From the NCBI GenBank assembly GCA_026981855.1, contig JALSIB010000004.1:1-24000 (forward strand): 24,000 nt of DNA, written 5' to 3'. The notes beneath the pieces are model-generated. The model was not told where the DNA came from. It saw nothing but the letters and a program-made list of their open reading frames with translations, and ran no database searches. The translations under genes were made by a program, and so were the position numbers. Numbering within the stretch: the first letter of the stretch is position 1; each line of letters begins with the position of its first letter. Shown in pieces: positions 8,102 to 14,588 of the stretch. Origin of the DNA: Methylothermaceae bacterium. Its GTDB lineage: Bacteria > Pseudomonadota > Gammaproteobacteria > Methylococcales > Methylothermaceae.

Positions 8102-8133
8102 GAAAAAAAGGAGAACCGGTTCAGTGAGAAAAA

Positions 8134-8703
8134 CTATGGGCGTATCGTCAATCTACCCCCCGGTAAATACCGATACAAGGTCGATGGCGCCACGCCTAAT
8201 TTTCTGGCCACTTCCTCCACGGTGATCTCGGGATTAGCCAGAAGCGTCCTGGCCATCTGCAAATCCCGTTCGGTCAGCGCTGGCGGCCGGCCGCCTTTCC
8301 TTCCCCTGGCGCGGGCTGCTTCCAGGCCCGCACGGGTGCGCTCGCGGATGATGGAACGCTCGAACTCGGCCAGCGCGCCGAAGATGTGAAACACCAACCG
8401 TCCGCCCGGTGTCGTGGTATCGATGTTCTCGGTGAGCGACTTGAAGCCGATGCCCCGCTTCTCCAGGTCCTCCACGGTTTCGATCAGCTGCCTGAGGGAC
8501 CGGGCCAGGCGGTCCAGTTTCCAGACCACCAGCACGTCGCCTTCCCGCAGGTAGTCCAGGGCCGCCTTCAGTTGCGGCCGGTCCCGTTGGGCGCCGGAGG
8601 CCTTTTCGATGAAGATGCGCTCACAGCCGGCAGCTTCCAGGGCGTCGGTCTGGAGCCTGGGATTCTGGTCCTGGGTGGAAACGCGGGCGTAGCCGATCAG
8701 CAT
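8134..8703 (-). CDS. Serine recombinase (resolvase / DNA invertase family)
   Basis: 189-aa ORF beginning MLIGYARVSTQDQN (catalytic Ser motif). Other motifs: VVWKLDRLARS, and a C-terminal HTH ending STLYRYLP. A GAAGGGGGG Shine-Dalgarno lies upstream of the ATG at 8703. Confidence 0.92.
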   Translation of the reverse strand: MLIGYARVSTQDQNPRLQTDALEAAGCERIFIEKASGAQRDRPQLKAALDYLREGDVLVVWKLDRLARSLRQLIETVEDLEKRGIGFKSLTENIDTTTPGGRLVFHIFGALAEFERSIIRERTRAGLEAARARGRKGGRPPALTERDLQMARTLLANPEITVEEVARKLGVAPSTLYRYLPGGRLTIRP

Positions 8704-8718
8704 GATGAATGCCCCCCT

Positions 8719-8958
8719 TCAGGCGGCTTGAGGCCAGTATAGGATTTCGACTTCCGTCCGATTCCGCCTGGCGTTCTGGACCAGGCCTTCCAATTGCCTG
8801 GCGGTTTCCTCACCGATCCAACTTTCGCCACATTGGCGGCACACTTTGGCGGGAACCTTGCGGACCACGATAAGGCAAGACTCCAGATCGACAGCGAACG
8901 TGGTCTGCCCCGGTTCTTTATCCCCTCCACAAAGGGGACAGCGATCAATCGAATTCAT
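8719..8958 (-). CDS. YgiT-type zinc-ribbon protein (MqsA N-terminal-domain-like), putative antitoxin
   Basis: 79-aa ORF with CPLCGG...CRQCGE (a four-Cys zinc ribbon) and no HTH domain. Its start overlaps the stop of the upstream DUF4258-like gene (ATGA at 8955-8958). Confidence 0.75.
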   Translation of the reverse strand: MNSIDRCPLCGGDKEPGQTTFAVDLESCLIVVRKVPAKVCRQCGESWIGEETARQLEGLVQNARRNRTEVEILYWPQAA

Positions 8959-9287
8959 GACTTCCTTGTTTTCCAGTCCATTTCGAACTTGTCCGGGCTA
9001 GGACGGTAAGCGGTGATGACATGACAGATCCCGTTGTTCTGCTCATCGAATGCCACGACCACATGCAAAGGATCCTCGCCGACGATATGTAATAACAGGC
9101 CGGCGGGAACCGGATAGGCGTCGGGATAGAATTCCACAATTTCGCCTTCCAGAATGGCCTGTTCCACCGATTCCATGCGGATGCCGCTCGTCAACAAACG
9201 CTCCAGTGCATGTTGCTTCCATTCGATGCTGCCAGCGCGAACCGCCTGGCGCACATTTCGCAACCAGGCTTCCCAATCCACTGCCAT
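8955..9287 (-). CDS. DUF4258-like protein, putative toxin of a type II TA pair
   Basis: 110-aa ORF. WKQHALERLLTSGIRMESVEQAILEGEIVEFYPDAYP...LHVVVAFDEQNNGICHVITAYRP resembles the DUF4258 family. It lies in a toxin-first arrangement with a zinc-ribbon partner. Confidence 0.7.
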   Translation of the reverse strand: MAVDWEAWLRNVRQAVRAGSIEWKQHALERLLTSGIRMESVEQAILEGEIVEFYPDAYPVPAGLLLHIVGEDPLHVVVAFDEQNNGICHVITAYRPSPDKFEMDWKTRKS

Positions 9288-9500
9288 ATTGCGGCTCTCC
9301 GAAAACTCATGGACATCATCCCTTATTAAGGATCAGGTTTCAAGGGACTGTTTTGATAGATGAAAGGCAGGCCAAAAGTGGGGTCCAGGAACCGATATGG
9401 GAATCTCCCGAAAACGGCCGTTTTTGAGAAAATCCAGGCATGTGGCCACAGATCAAGAAATTCCGATCGAAACTGGATACCACAGGAGACCGTTGGCAAT

Positions 9501-9535
9501 TTATCCACAAATTCTGGGGATGGATTTGTGGATGA
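9501..9535. promoter_or_regulatory. Palindromic site containing a perfect DnaA-box 9-mer and an inverted near-consensus copy
   Basis: TTATCCACA lies at 9501-9509. TGTGGATGA at 9527-9535 is the reverse complement of TCATCCACA (8/9). The 9-bp arms tccacaaat / atttgtgga are separated by 11 bp. The site is in a ~370-bp non-coding stretch. Confidence 0.35.
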
Positions 9536-9629
9536 CGGCTCTGGATCCTTGTGGTACCCCATGCCGTTCAGTTTGGCTAAACTTTCACCACTCACTTCCG
9601 CCGCCGATCCGATTCCCTCTATAGAGAGG

Positions 9630-9655
9630 ACCTGCCGGGGGAGCCCCCGGCAGGT
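9630..9655. terminator. GC-rich hairpin, possible terminator
   Basis: acctgccgggg-gagc-ccccggcaggt (an 11-bp GC-rich stem). It lies 26 nt downstream of the minus-strand stop at 9681. There is no clear U-tract, so rho-independent function is uncertain. Confidence 0.35.
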
Positions 9656-9680
9656 TCGGTAAACATTGCCACCTGAATGC

Positions 9681-9839
9681 TCAGGCGGATTTCAGCTTCT
9701 TCATTTCCTCGGCCAGTGTCCACAAGGCCCGGTTCAGGGCAACATTACCGTCGATCCCTTGAATCGGCCGCGTGGTCACACGCTTCCCTTGTCGGTTTCG
9801 ACCCCGAAGCCCGCCGCGGACCAGATTTTCCTGAACCAC
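9681..9839 (-). CDS. Possible small ribbon-helix-helix-like ORF (GTG start), or a remnant of a decayed gene
   Basis: The reading frame is open from 9899 down to the stop at 9681 with no ATG. A GTG at 9839 would give 52 aa: VVQENLVRGGLRGRNRQGKRVTTRPIQGIDGNVALNRALWTLAEEMKKLKSA. The pattern of a basic arm, a short strand and a helix is reminiscent of CopG/Arc proteins. No Shine-Dalgarno is present. Confidence 0.2.
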   Translation of the reverse strand: MVQENLVRGGLRGRNRQGKRVTTRPIQGIDGNVALNRALWTLAEEMKKLKSA

Positions 9840-9948
9840 ATTGAAGGTGGTCCATAAATTCCCGCGAGCGGTTATAGGCCAGATAGAGAATTTTCCGTTT
9901 CAGGCGGGCTGCAACCCTCGATGATAGCCAACTACTGGTTGGTCAAAT

Positions 9949-10149
9949 TCACAGTGGATTGCGACAGCTCTTGCGGTTTCGGATCTCGTCCGGCGTGGGG
10001 CGTTCCCGGACGAAGCGGAACGATCCGTCGGACCAGCATTCCAGGTATCCCCATTCCACGTCCCACTCCGATTCGCCCGGCCGGGGCGGGCGCTCCCACC
10101 AGGGCTCACGGCTGATCAGCACAGGTTCGTCACGTTGTTTGGATGACAT
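9949..10149 (-). CDS. Hypothetical small protein (66 aa), divergent from the KfrA-like gene
   Basis: ATG-started ORF with reasonable GC3 usage (MSSKQRDEPVLISREPWWERPPRPGESEWDVEWGYLECWSDGSFRFVRERPTPDEI...). No family was recognised. Confidence 0.3.
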   Translation of the reverse strand: MSSKQRDEPVLISREPWWERPPRPGESEWDVEWGYLECWSDGSFRFVRERPTPDEIRNRKSCRNPL

Positions 10150-10161
10150 GGAGCGGTCTGT

Positions 10162-10190
10162 GTGTAATAATGTAGTTTACGTAATTACAC
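10162..10190. promoter_or_regulatory. Inverted repeat in the divergent promoter region (candidate operator)
   Basis: gtgtaat-N15-attacac with a central tacgta palindrome, 19 nt upstream of the KfrA-like ATG (10209). KfrA proteins are known autoregulators that bind inverted repeats at their own promoter. Confidence 0.3.
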
Positions 10191-10208
10191 TAACACGAAA
10201 TCGTTTTC

Positions 10209-10886
10209 ATGGCCAGAACGGGAATCACCAAAGACCAAGTTTTCGAAGCAGCCCGGGAAATCCGGGACGAAGGTGGCACGGTGACCATCGCCGCTGTCCG
10301 AAGCCGACTGGGAAACACCGGCAGTTACTCGACCTATTCCCGTCATCTGGCTGAATGGCGCAAGCAGGAATCCTCGGAAAATCATGCGCCTCCCACACCT
10401 GCTTCGGTGGAAGCTATTGCCAGACGCTTATGGTCCGAGGCCTGGCGGCTGGCTTCCGAGTCCCTGGAGAATGCCAGCCGGCAATGGGAGAAGGAAAAAA
10501 AGCATCTGGAGTTCGAACTGCATAATCTGGCCATCGAGCTGGACCAATCCAAGCAGGCGTTCAACGAAGCGATGGACAAGCTGCAAAGCACAATGAAAGG
10601 ACTCATGGAAAAGACGCTGGCTTTCGAGCACCTGAAGGACGATCACGAAAAGCTCAAGAAGATCCATGAAGCCACTTTGAACAGAGTGGGTAAGCTGGAA
10701 CGGGACAATGCCGCCTTGCTCCAGAAGCTCGATTCGGCCGTCCGGGACATCACCAGACTGGAAAACGAACTTGCCGAGTCCCGGACCCAGGAACGGCGTG
10801 CGCTGAAAGAAGCCGCGGCACTGCGGGGGCAGCTGGAATCGTTGGCAAAAACAAAGGTCAGGCCCTTGAGGAGGAAGAAGTCATGA
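10209..10886 (+). CDS. KfrA_N-like DNA-binding protein with a long coiled-coil tail
   Basis: 225-aa ORF. The N-terminus MARTGITKDQVFEAAREIRDEGGTVTIAAVRSRLGNTGSYSTYSRHLAEWRK fits the KfrA N-terminal DNA-binding domain pattern. The remainder is heptad-rich coiled coil (LEFELHNLAIELDQSKQAFNEAMDKLQ...). Confidence 0.75.
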   Translation: MARTGITKDQVFEAAREIRDEGGTVTIAAVRSRLGNTGSYSTYSRHLAEWRKQESSENHAPPTPASVEAIARRLWSEAWRLASESLENASRQWEKEKKHLEFELHNLAIELDQSKQAFNEAMDKLQSTMKGLMEKTLAFEHLKDDHEKLKKIHEATLNRVGKLERDNAALLQKLDSAVRDITRLENELAESRTQERRALKEAAALRGQLESLAKTKVRPLRRKKS

Positions 10887-11107
10887 ACAAGTATTCAGTG
10901 CCTACTCATCCAGATCCGGCCGAGTCAGCCATGTTGGGCGTCATCGTGGAAGACATGCTGGCCGAAGCCGACAAACATGGTCAGGCACAGTGCATCTTCC
11001 GTCGGTACCGCATCCGTGCCCATCGTCTTGCCAGAAGCCGTTGGCGCCTGATGATCGGCGACGAAAACGGCACCCTGGTAGATGCTGATATCCACGTCGA
11101 TGCCTGA
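10883..11107 (+). CDS. Hypothetical protein (74 aa), translationally coupled to the KfrA-like gene
   Basis: Its ATG overlaps the upstream stop (ATGA at 10883-10886). No family was recognised. Confidence 0.5.
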   Translation: MNKYSVPTHPDPAESAMLGVIVEDMLAEADKHGQAQCIFRRYRIRAHRLARSRWRLMIGDENGTLVDADIHVDA

Positions 11108-11351
11108 CTCCGGCAGCTGGTACTGGATTCACCCACACAAGCGCCGCTGGTACCTGCTTCTGCTCGACCAGGATCTGTTTGGCGACTGGGTGCTCCTGCG
11201 CGCCTGGGGAAGTCTTGACAGCCGGTGGTGTGGCAAGAAAAAGGAAATCCTGGATGATACCGGGAACGCCGAAAGGCTGGTGAAAAAGATATGCCGGACC
11301 CGCCAGCGGCGCGGATATTATTTGGTTCAACCACCAAAGAGACAACGCTGA
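11100..11351 (+). CDS. Small WGR-domain protein
   Basis: WYWIHPHKRRWYLLLLDQDLFGDWVLLRAWGSLDSR...AERLVKKICRTRQRRGYYLV matches the WGR-domain pattern (YY-L-L-QPDLFG-W-L-REWGRIG...KRRRGY). The probable start is ATG 11100, overlapping the upstream stop; the ORF track starts at 11082. Confidence 0.7.
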   Translation: MPDSGSWYWIHPHKRRWYLLLLDQDLFGDWVLLRAWGSLDSRWCGKKKEILDDTGNAERLVKKICRTRQRRGYYLVQPPKRQR

Positions 11352-11358
11352 TTTCAAG

Positions 11359-11517
11359 GTATTCGTCGCCTCTCTGTCGGAAACCCTACAGCGGGTAATC
11401 GGCTATTACAGCCTCAGCGCGAACAGCCTGGATGCCGATGATCTGCCCGAATGGTTGAGCAGGCGATTACCCAGGCAGCTGGTTCCGGCGGTCCTGCTGG
11501 GAAGGCTGGCCACGGTG
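11359..11517 (+). pseudogene. Internal fragment of a GNAT-family (TacT/KacT-like) acetyltransferase toxin gene
   Basis: The frame of ORF 11455..11880 extended upstream reads VFVASLSETLQRVIGYYSLSANSLDADDLPEWLSRRLPRQLVPAVLLGRLA. This is the characteristic central block of GNAT toxins (GYYSLSA...LP...RRLPR-P-VPA-LLGRLAVD). No N-terminus and no acetyl-CoA Q/RxxGxG/A motif follow, and similarity is lost near 11517. Confidence 0.55.
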
Positions 11518-11550
11518 GAGACGGGTGCGGAATTCCGAGATCCACACCCA

Positions 11551-12141
11551 TCAAAGTGTCCGGCTACCCCGGCAGGATGGAAACCGCACGCAGCCCCAAA
11601 ATTCTGTCCCGGCCCGCTCTCCCCCGCGCACGGTCCGGACGGCCATCCGGGCGCCGCAACGGGGACAGCGGGGGCCTTCCGCCGGGTAGCGGGGGATTTC
11701 GAGATGGGATACGAGTTCGAGAAGGCGCCGTCCGTCGATCAGTTCCAGGCCGTTTTGCCGCCCGAAGATCCAGGCGGGACGGGTGTAGCGGCCGCTGGCG
11801 ACGAGGAAACCGCCCTCGGCCCGGCGGGCGGCCACCACGCCCAGCAGCTCGCGGACTTCACAGATACCGACCTGCCGTGAGCGCCAGCGTTTGCACTGGG
11901 CGACCCAGATTTTCCGGCCGCGCCTGAGCAGCAGATCGATACCGCCGTCCGCCCCCTCCCCTGTTTCGGCGGCCCAGTACCCCATCCGGCGGAACATTTC
12001 GCCGCTCAACGCCTCGAAAGACCGCCAGTCGAGCGCCCGGAGAGAGGCCAGGGACCAGGAGGTTCCGCCTCCTCCGTCCGGCCGTGGTTGTCGTGGCCTG
12101 GCCGGGCTTATATTATCCCTCACTGTATGTCTGTCGGACAT
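11551..12141 (-). CDS. Mrr_cat-type restriction endonuclease domain fused to a topoisomerase-type C4 zinc ribbon
   Basis: 196-aa ORF. WRSFEALSGEMFRRMGYWAAETGEGADGGIDLLLRRGRKIWVAQCKRW fits the Mrr catalytic core pattern (D...D-x-QCK). The C-terminal CPRCGARMAVRTVRGGERAGTEFWGCVRFPSCRG fits zf-C4_Topoisom. Confidence 0.85.
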   Translation of the reverse strand: MSDRHTVRDNISPARPRQPRPDGGGGTSWSLASLRALDWRSFEALSGEMFRRMGYWAAETGEGADGGIDLLLRRGRKIWVAQCKRWRSRQVGICEVRELLGVVAARRAEGGFLVASGRYTRPAWIFGRQNGLELIDGRRLLELVSHLEIPRYPAEGPRCPRCGARMAVRTVRGGERAGTEFWGCVRFPSCRGSRTL

Positions 12142-12277
12142 CGCAATCCATCCTGAAGAAAGGGGGCGTCATCAAGAAAGTACTCGAAAAGAAGGATCTG
12201 GAGTCTTCTATCTTGCTTACCGGTCCTACAAGGATGGAAGCAATACCGATTTTCCAACTCATATCGGCGGAAAATCA

Positions 12278-12403
12278 CTGCTGGACGAGTTGGAAAAACT
12301 TAGGCAGCTGCTCGATTCCGGCGCGATCACGCAGGAAGAATACGATACGCTCAAGGCGAAACTCCTCTCGCAAATCGACCCTTCCCTGGCAAAATCCGAA
12401 TAA
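12278..12403 (+). CDS. SHOCT-domain ORF with unresolved start (possible pseudogene)
   Basis: LLDELEKLRQLLDSGAITQEEYDTLKAKLLSQI is a clear SHOCT motif. The frame has no ATG or GTG between the divergent Mrr start (12141) and the motif; only CTG 12278/12281 and TTG 12290 are present. An ATG at 12234 lies in a different frame. Confidence 0.35.
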   Translation: MLDELEKLRQLLDSGAITQEEYDTLKAKLLSQIDPSLAKSE

Positions 12404-12427
12404 CAGACGAACACTGGAGGTGACATC

Positions 12428-12988
12428 ATGTGGTTGCTCGTACTCGCCATCGCATCGGTGCCCCTGACCGTGGCCGCCATAGGGATGACGGCCGTGGCCG
12501 GCTGGCAGGGCGGCTTCCGCCGCCGGGGTGTCGCCTGGCTGCTGTGGGGAACGCTCTTGCTGGTTTGTCTGGCCATAGCCGGCATCGGTTTGTCGTTCGG
12601 CTTCGACCTGGATCTGGCGTTGCTGGCCCCCCTGGCCGGGACGCCGCTGGCTTTCCTGATGTCCATGGCCGCGCTGGCCGCCATGAATCTCCACCGGATC
12701 GCCAGGGCGCTGGGGTGGCTCTTCCAGACCACGCGCCGCCTGGAGGCGCGGGCGCAAACCCTGGACAGGAAGGCCCTCGCCCTGCGCCTGGGGACGTTCC
12801 TGCTGGCCGCGGCCAGGCTGTCCCTGGAAGTGGTCGCCACCCTTGGGGTCGCGGTGCTGAAGGCCGGGTTTGAGTCTCTTGGGGAGGAGTCGGAAGAGCT
12901 CATAGAGTCTAGGCGGCATATAACCATTATTCCTATTGCCAAATTGGGAACAGCCTATATTGACGGCGACGGTAACATTGAGCTATGA
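12428..12988 (+). CDS. Hypothetical integral membrane protein (186 aa)
   Basis: GGAGG lies 7 nt upstream of the ATG at 12428. About four hydrophobic helices are followed by an amphipathic region. The last ~25 codons are abruptly AT-rich. No family was recognised. Confidence 0.6.
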   Translation: MWLLVLAIASVPLTVAAIGMTAVAGWQGGFRRRGVAWLLWGTLLLVCLAIAGIGLSFGFDLDLALLAPLAGTPLAFLMSMAALAAMNLHRIARALGWLFQTTRRLEARAQTLDRKALALRLGTFLLAAARLSLEVVATLGVAVLKAGFESLGEESEELIESRRHITIIPIAKLGTAYIDGDGNIEL

Positions 12989-13001
12989 CTATAACCTTGA
13001 A

Positions 13002-14573
13002 TCATTTCCCCCGAGTAGCGATCTTGCGGCCCACCATCATGGCTGACTGACCAGAAGCAATCGCGTCACTTTCGAAGCCTTTCATGAAAGAACTGAGAGA
13101 ACCATGAATACTCACCCCTGCATACCCCAGCAGCGTGAGCCACATCATGGGCACCAGCAAATACATCGTCCCAATCATCAGGTTCAGCAGCATGCCGGTG
13201 GTGTAGGCCGGGCCGTCTCCCACCATGGAACCAGTTCCCAAAAGGGCCTCTGAGACGGAAAGGGTGAGATTGTTGTCGAAGTAGACCAGAATCGCCCAGA
13301 TCGAGGTGAAGAACTTGATGCCGAAAAAGACCGCCGTCAGGGTCAGAAGGGTGGCGATGTCATACATGCCGATGATCAGGATGAACGGCAGAAGGGTGTA
13401 GAAAAAGCCGAGCAGGAACGCCTGGGCCATCGGCGCCATCTGTTTGATCAGATAAATGACGGGCAGCTTCTTGAAGTTTTCGAGCCCCAGTCCAAATATG
13501 GACATAATTTCTGCCACCGCTTGACTCACCATGGACTGGGACTGGTCGGCCAGATCCCCGGTATAACGAAACCCTTCCAGCGTGCTCTTTTCGTTCATGA
13601 TGACCTGCTTGAGCGCGAAGTCCTTAAAACTGTCCGCCCCGATAGTGCCGGCCAATTTCCCCAGTTTCGCGTTGACCGATGCGAACAGACTGTCCCCCTG
13701 GATGTTGTCGATCAGGCGCTTTCTCAGCCCCAATTTCGGCTGGCCGGGAGGACCCAACCACCAGTCGCGGCAAGAGGGGTGGGGCTCCAGGCCGGTTCTG
13801 GCGGAGTCGAACTGGGCGTCGCGGGAAGGCACGATGGGAAAACCGCGGACCGGATGTTCGGCCAGAATGGCCGGATAGAGTTTGGGGTGGGTCATGAACA
13901 GGTCGTTGGCCAGCCATTGCAGATCCGAAGCGGTCAGGTCGCCGGCGGAGATGCCGTAACGGCGGCGCAGATACAGCGCCTCGTCGTGACAGTCCTGCTT
14001 GAACTGTTGCACCTCACGGCGCAGGTCCGGATCGGTGATGGTGGTGTTGCTGAGCTTGTACTGGATGAACCGCATGTCCGGCGCCTCACAGGGGATCGAG
14101 GCGATGGTCGCGGCGTTGATGCCGTCGGCGAGCTTGGCCACCACGCCCCACCAGATCGGTACGTAGACACTGGCGGTCATGTTTTCGCCGAACACCACAT
14201 CGTAGGTGGTGCCCGTGTTGTCGCCGGTCACGGTCTTGTCCGAGCACATGGGCGTGAAGTGCATGGCGTTCGTCTTGATCTGGTACGAAGGCTCGAACGC
14301 CACCAGATAGACCAACGCCATGGTCAGCGTGTAATAGCCGACCGGCATGGAGGACAGGCGGCCGCCCTCGACGAAACCGAACTTCCACCAGGCCTTGGCC
14401 ATCTCGCGGATCAGCATGAAGATAAAAGGCAGCATATAGACCCCGATCGCCATCAGGATCGCCAGAATGCGGTTGTTCATGAACCACCCGAAATAGGTGG
14501 TGAAGATCTCCAGATAGTTGCTCATCGCCAGACTGATGTCGGCAAGCGGTTTGCCAATCATGGGGTTTTCCAT
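13002..14573 (-). CDS. Conjugal transfer protein with TraG N-terminal domain (mating-pair stabilisation type, ICE/MPF-G)
   Basis: 523-aa polytopic membrane protein. The N-terminus NYLEIFTTYFGWFMNNRILAILMAIGVYMLPFIF resembles TraG_N proteins of PAPI-1/ICEclc-type elements. AAGGAGG lies upstream of the ATG at 14573. It is the last gene of the T4SS operon. Confidence 0.85.
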   Translation of the reverse strand: MENPMIGKPLADISLAMSNYLEIFTTYFGWFMNNRILAILMAIGVYMLPFIFMLIREMAKAWWKFGFVEGGRLSSMPVGYYTLTMALVYLVAFEPSYQIKTNAMHFTPMCSDKTVTGDNTGTTYDVVFGENMTASVYVPIWWGVVAKLADGINAATIASIPCEAPDMRFIQYKLSNTTITDPDLRREVQQFKQDCHDEALYLRRRYGISAGDLTASDLQWLANDLFMTHPKLYPAILAEHPVRGFPIVPSRDAQFDSARTGLEPHPSCRDWWLGPPGQPKLGLRKRLIDNIQGDSLFASVNAKLGKLAGTIGADSFKDFALKQVIMNEKSTLEGFRYTGDLADQSQSMVSQAVAEIMSIFGLGLENFKKLPVIYLIKQMAPMAQAFLLGFFYTLLPFILIIGMYDIATLLTLTAVFFGIKFFTSIWAILVYFDNNLTLSVSEALLGTGSMVGDGPAYTTGMLLNLMIGTMYLLVPMMWLTLLGYAGVSIHGSLSSFMKGFESDAIASGQSAMMVGRKIATRGK

Positions 14574-14588
14574 GGATACCTCCTTCGG

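Larger units (their letters stand above)
4190..8133. mobile_element. AT-richer recombination/processing module (possible replaced ICE end module or nested integrative mobilizable element)
   Basis: Composition shifts by eye. Spot counts of single 60-nt lines give 28/60 and 24/60 G+C at 7081 and 7741, versus 40/60 and 36/60 at 15421 and 18001. The module contains two tyrosine recombinases, ~1 kb of non-coding DNA and a TraI_2_C-like gene. The boundaries are not proven. Confidence 0.4.

Noticed and set aside
4150-8133. Possible direct repeats (GGATCT-n-TA...AAA) at both edges of the AT-rich block as att sites
   Set aside because: There is only a gapped, ~10-nt resemblance (caggatctctagcaaa versus ctggatctgtaagaaa). 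This is too weak to call without comparison to empty sites.
11518-11927. Plus-strand ORFs 11451..11927 and 11455..11880 as real genes
   Set aside because: Beyond ~11517 they run antisense through the Mrr-type gene and are Pro/Gly/Arg-rich. Only the 5' part (11359-11517) is meaningful, as a GNAT-toxin remnant.
12259-12942. 227-aa and 214-aa minus-strand ORFs opposite the 186-aa membrane protein gene
   Set aside because: Their translations are Arg/Ser/Pro/Ala-rich and low-complexity. The plus-strand ORF has a strong GGAGG-N7-ATG and coherent TM helices.
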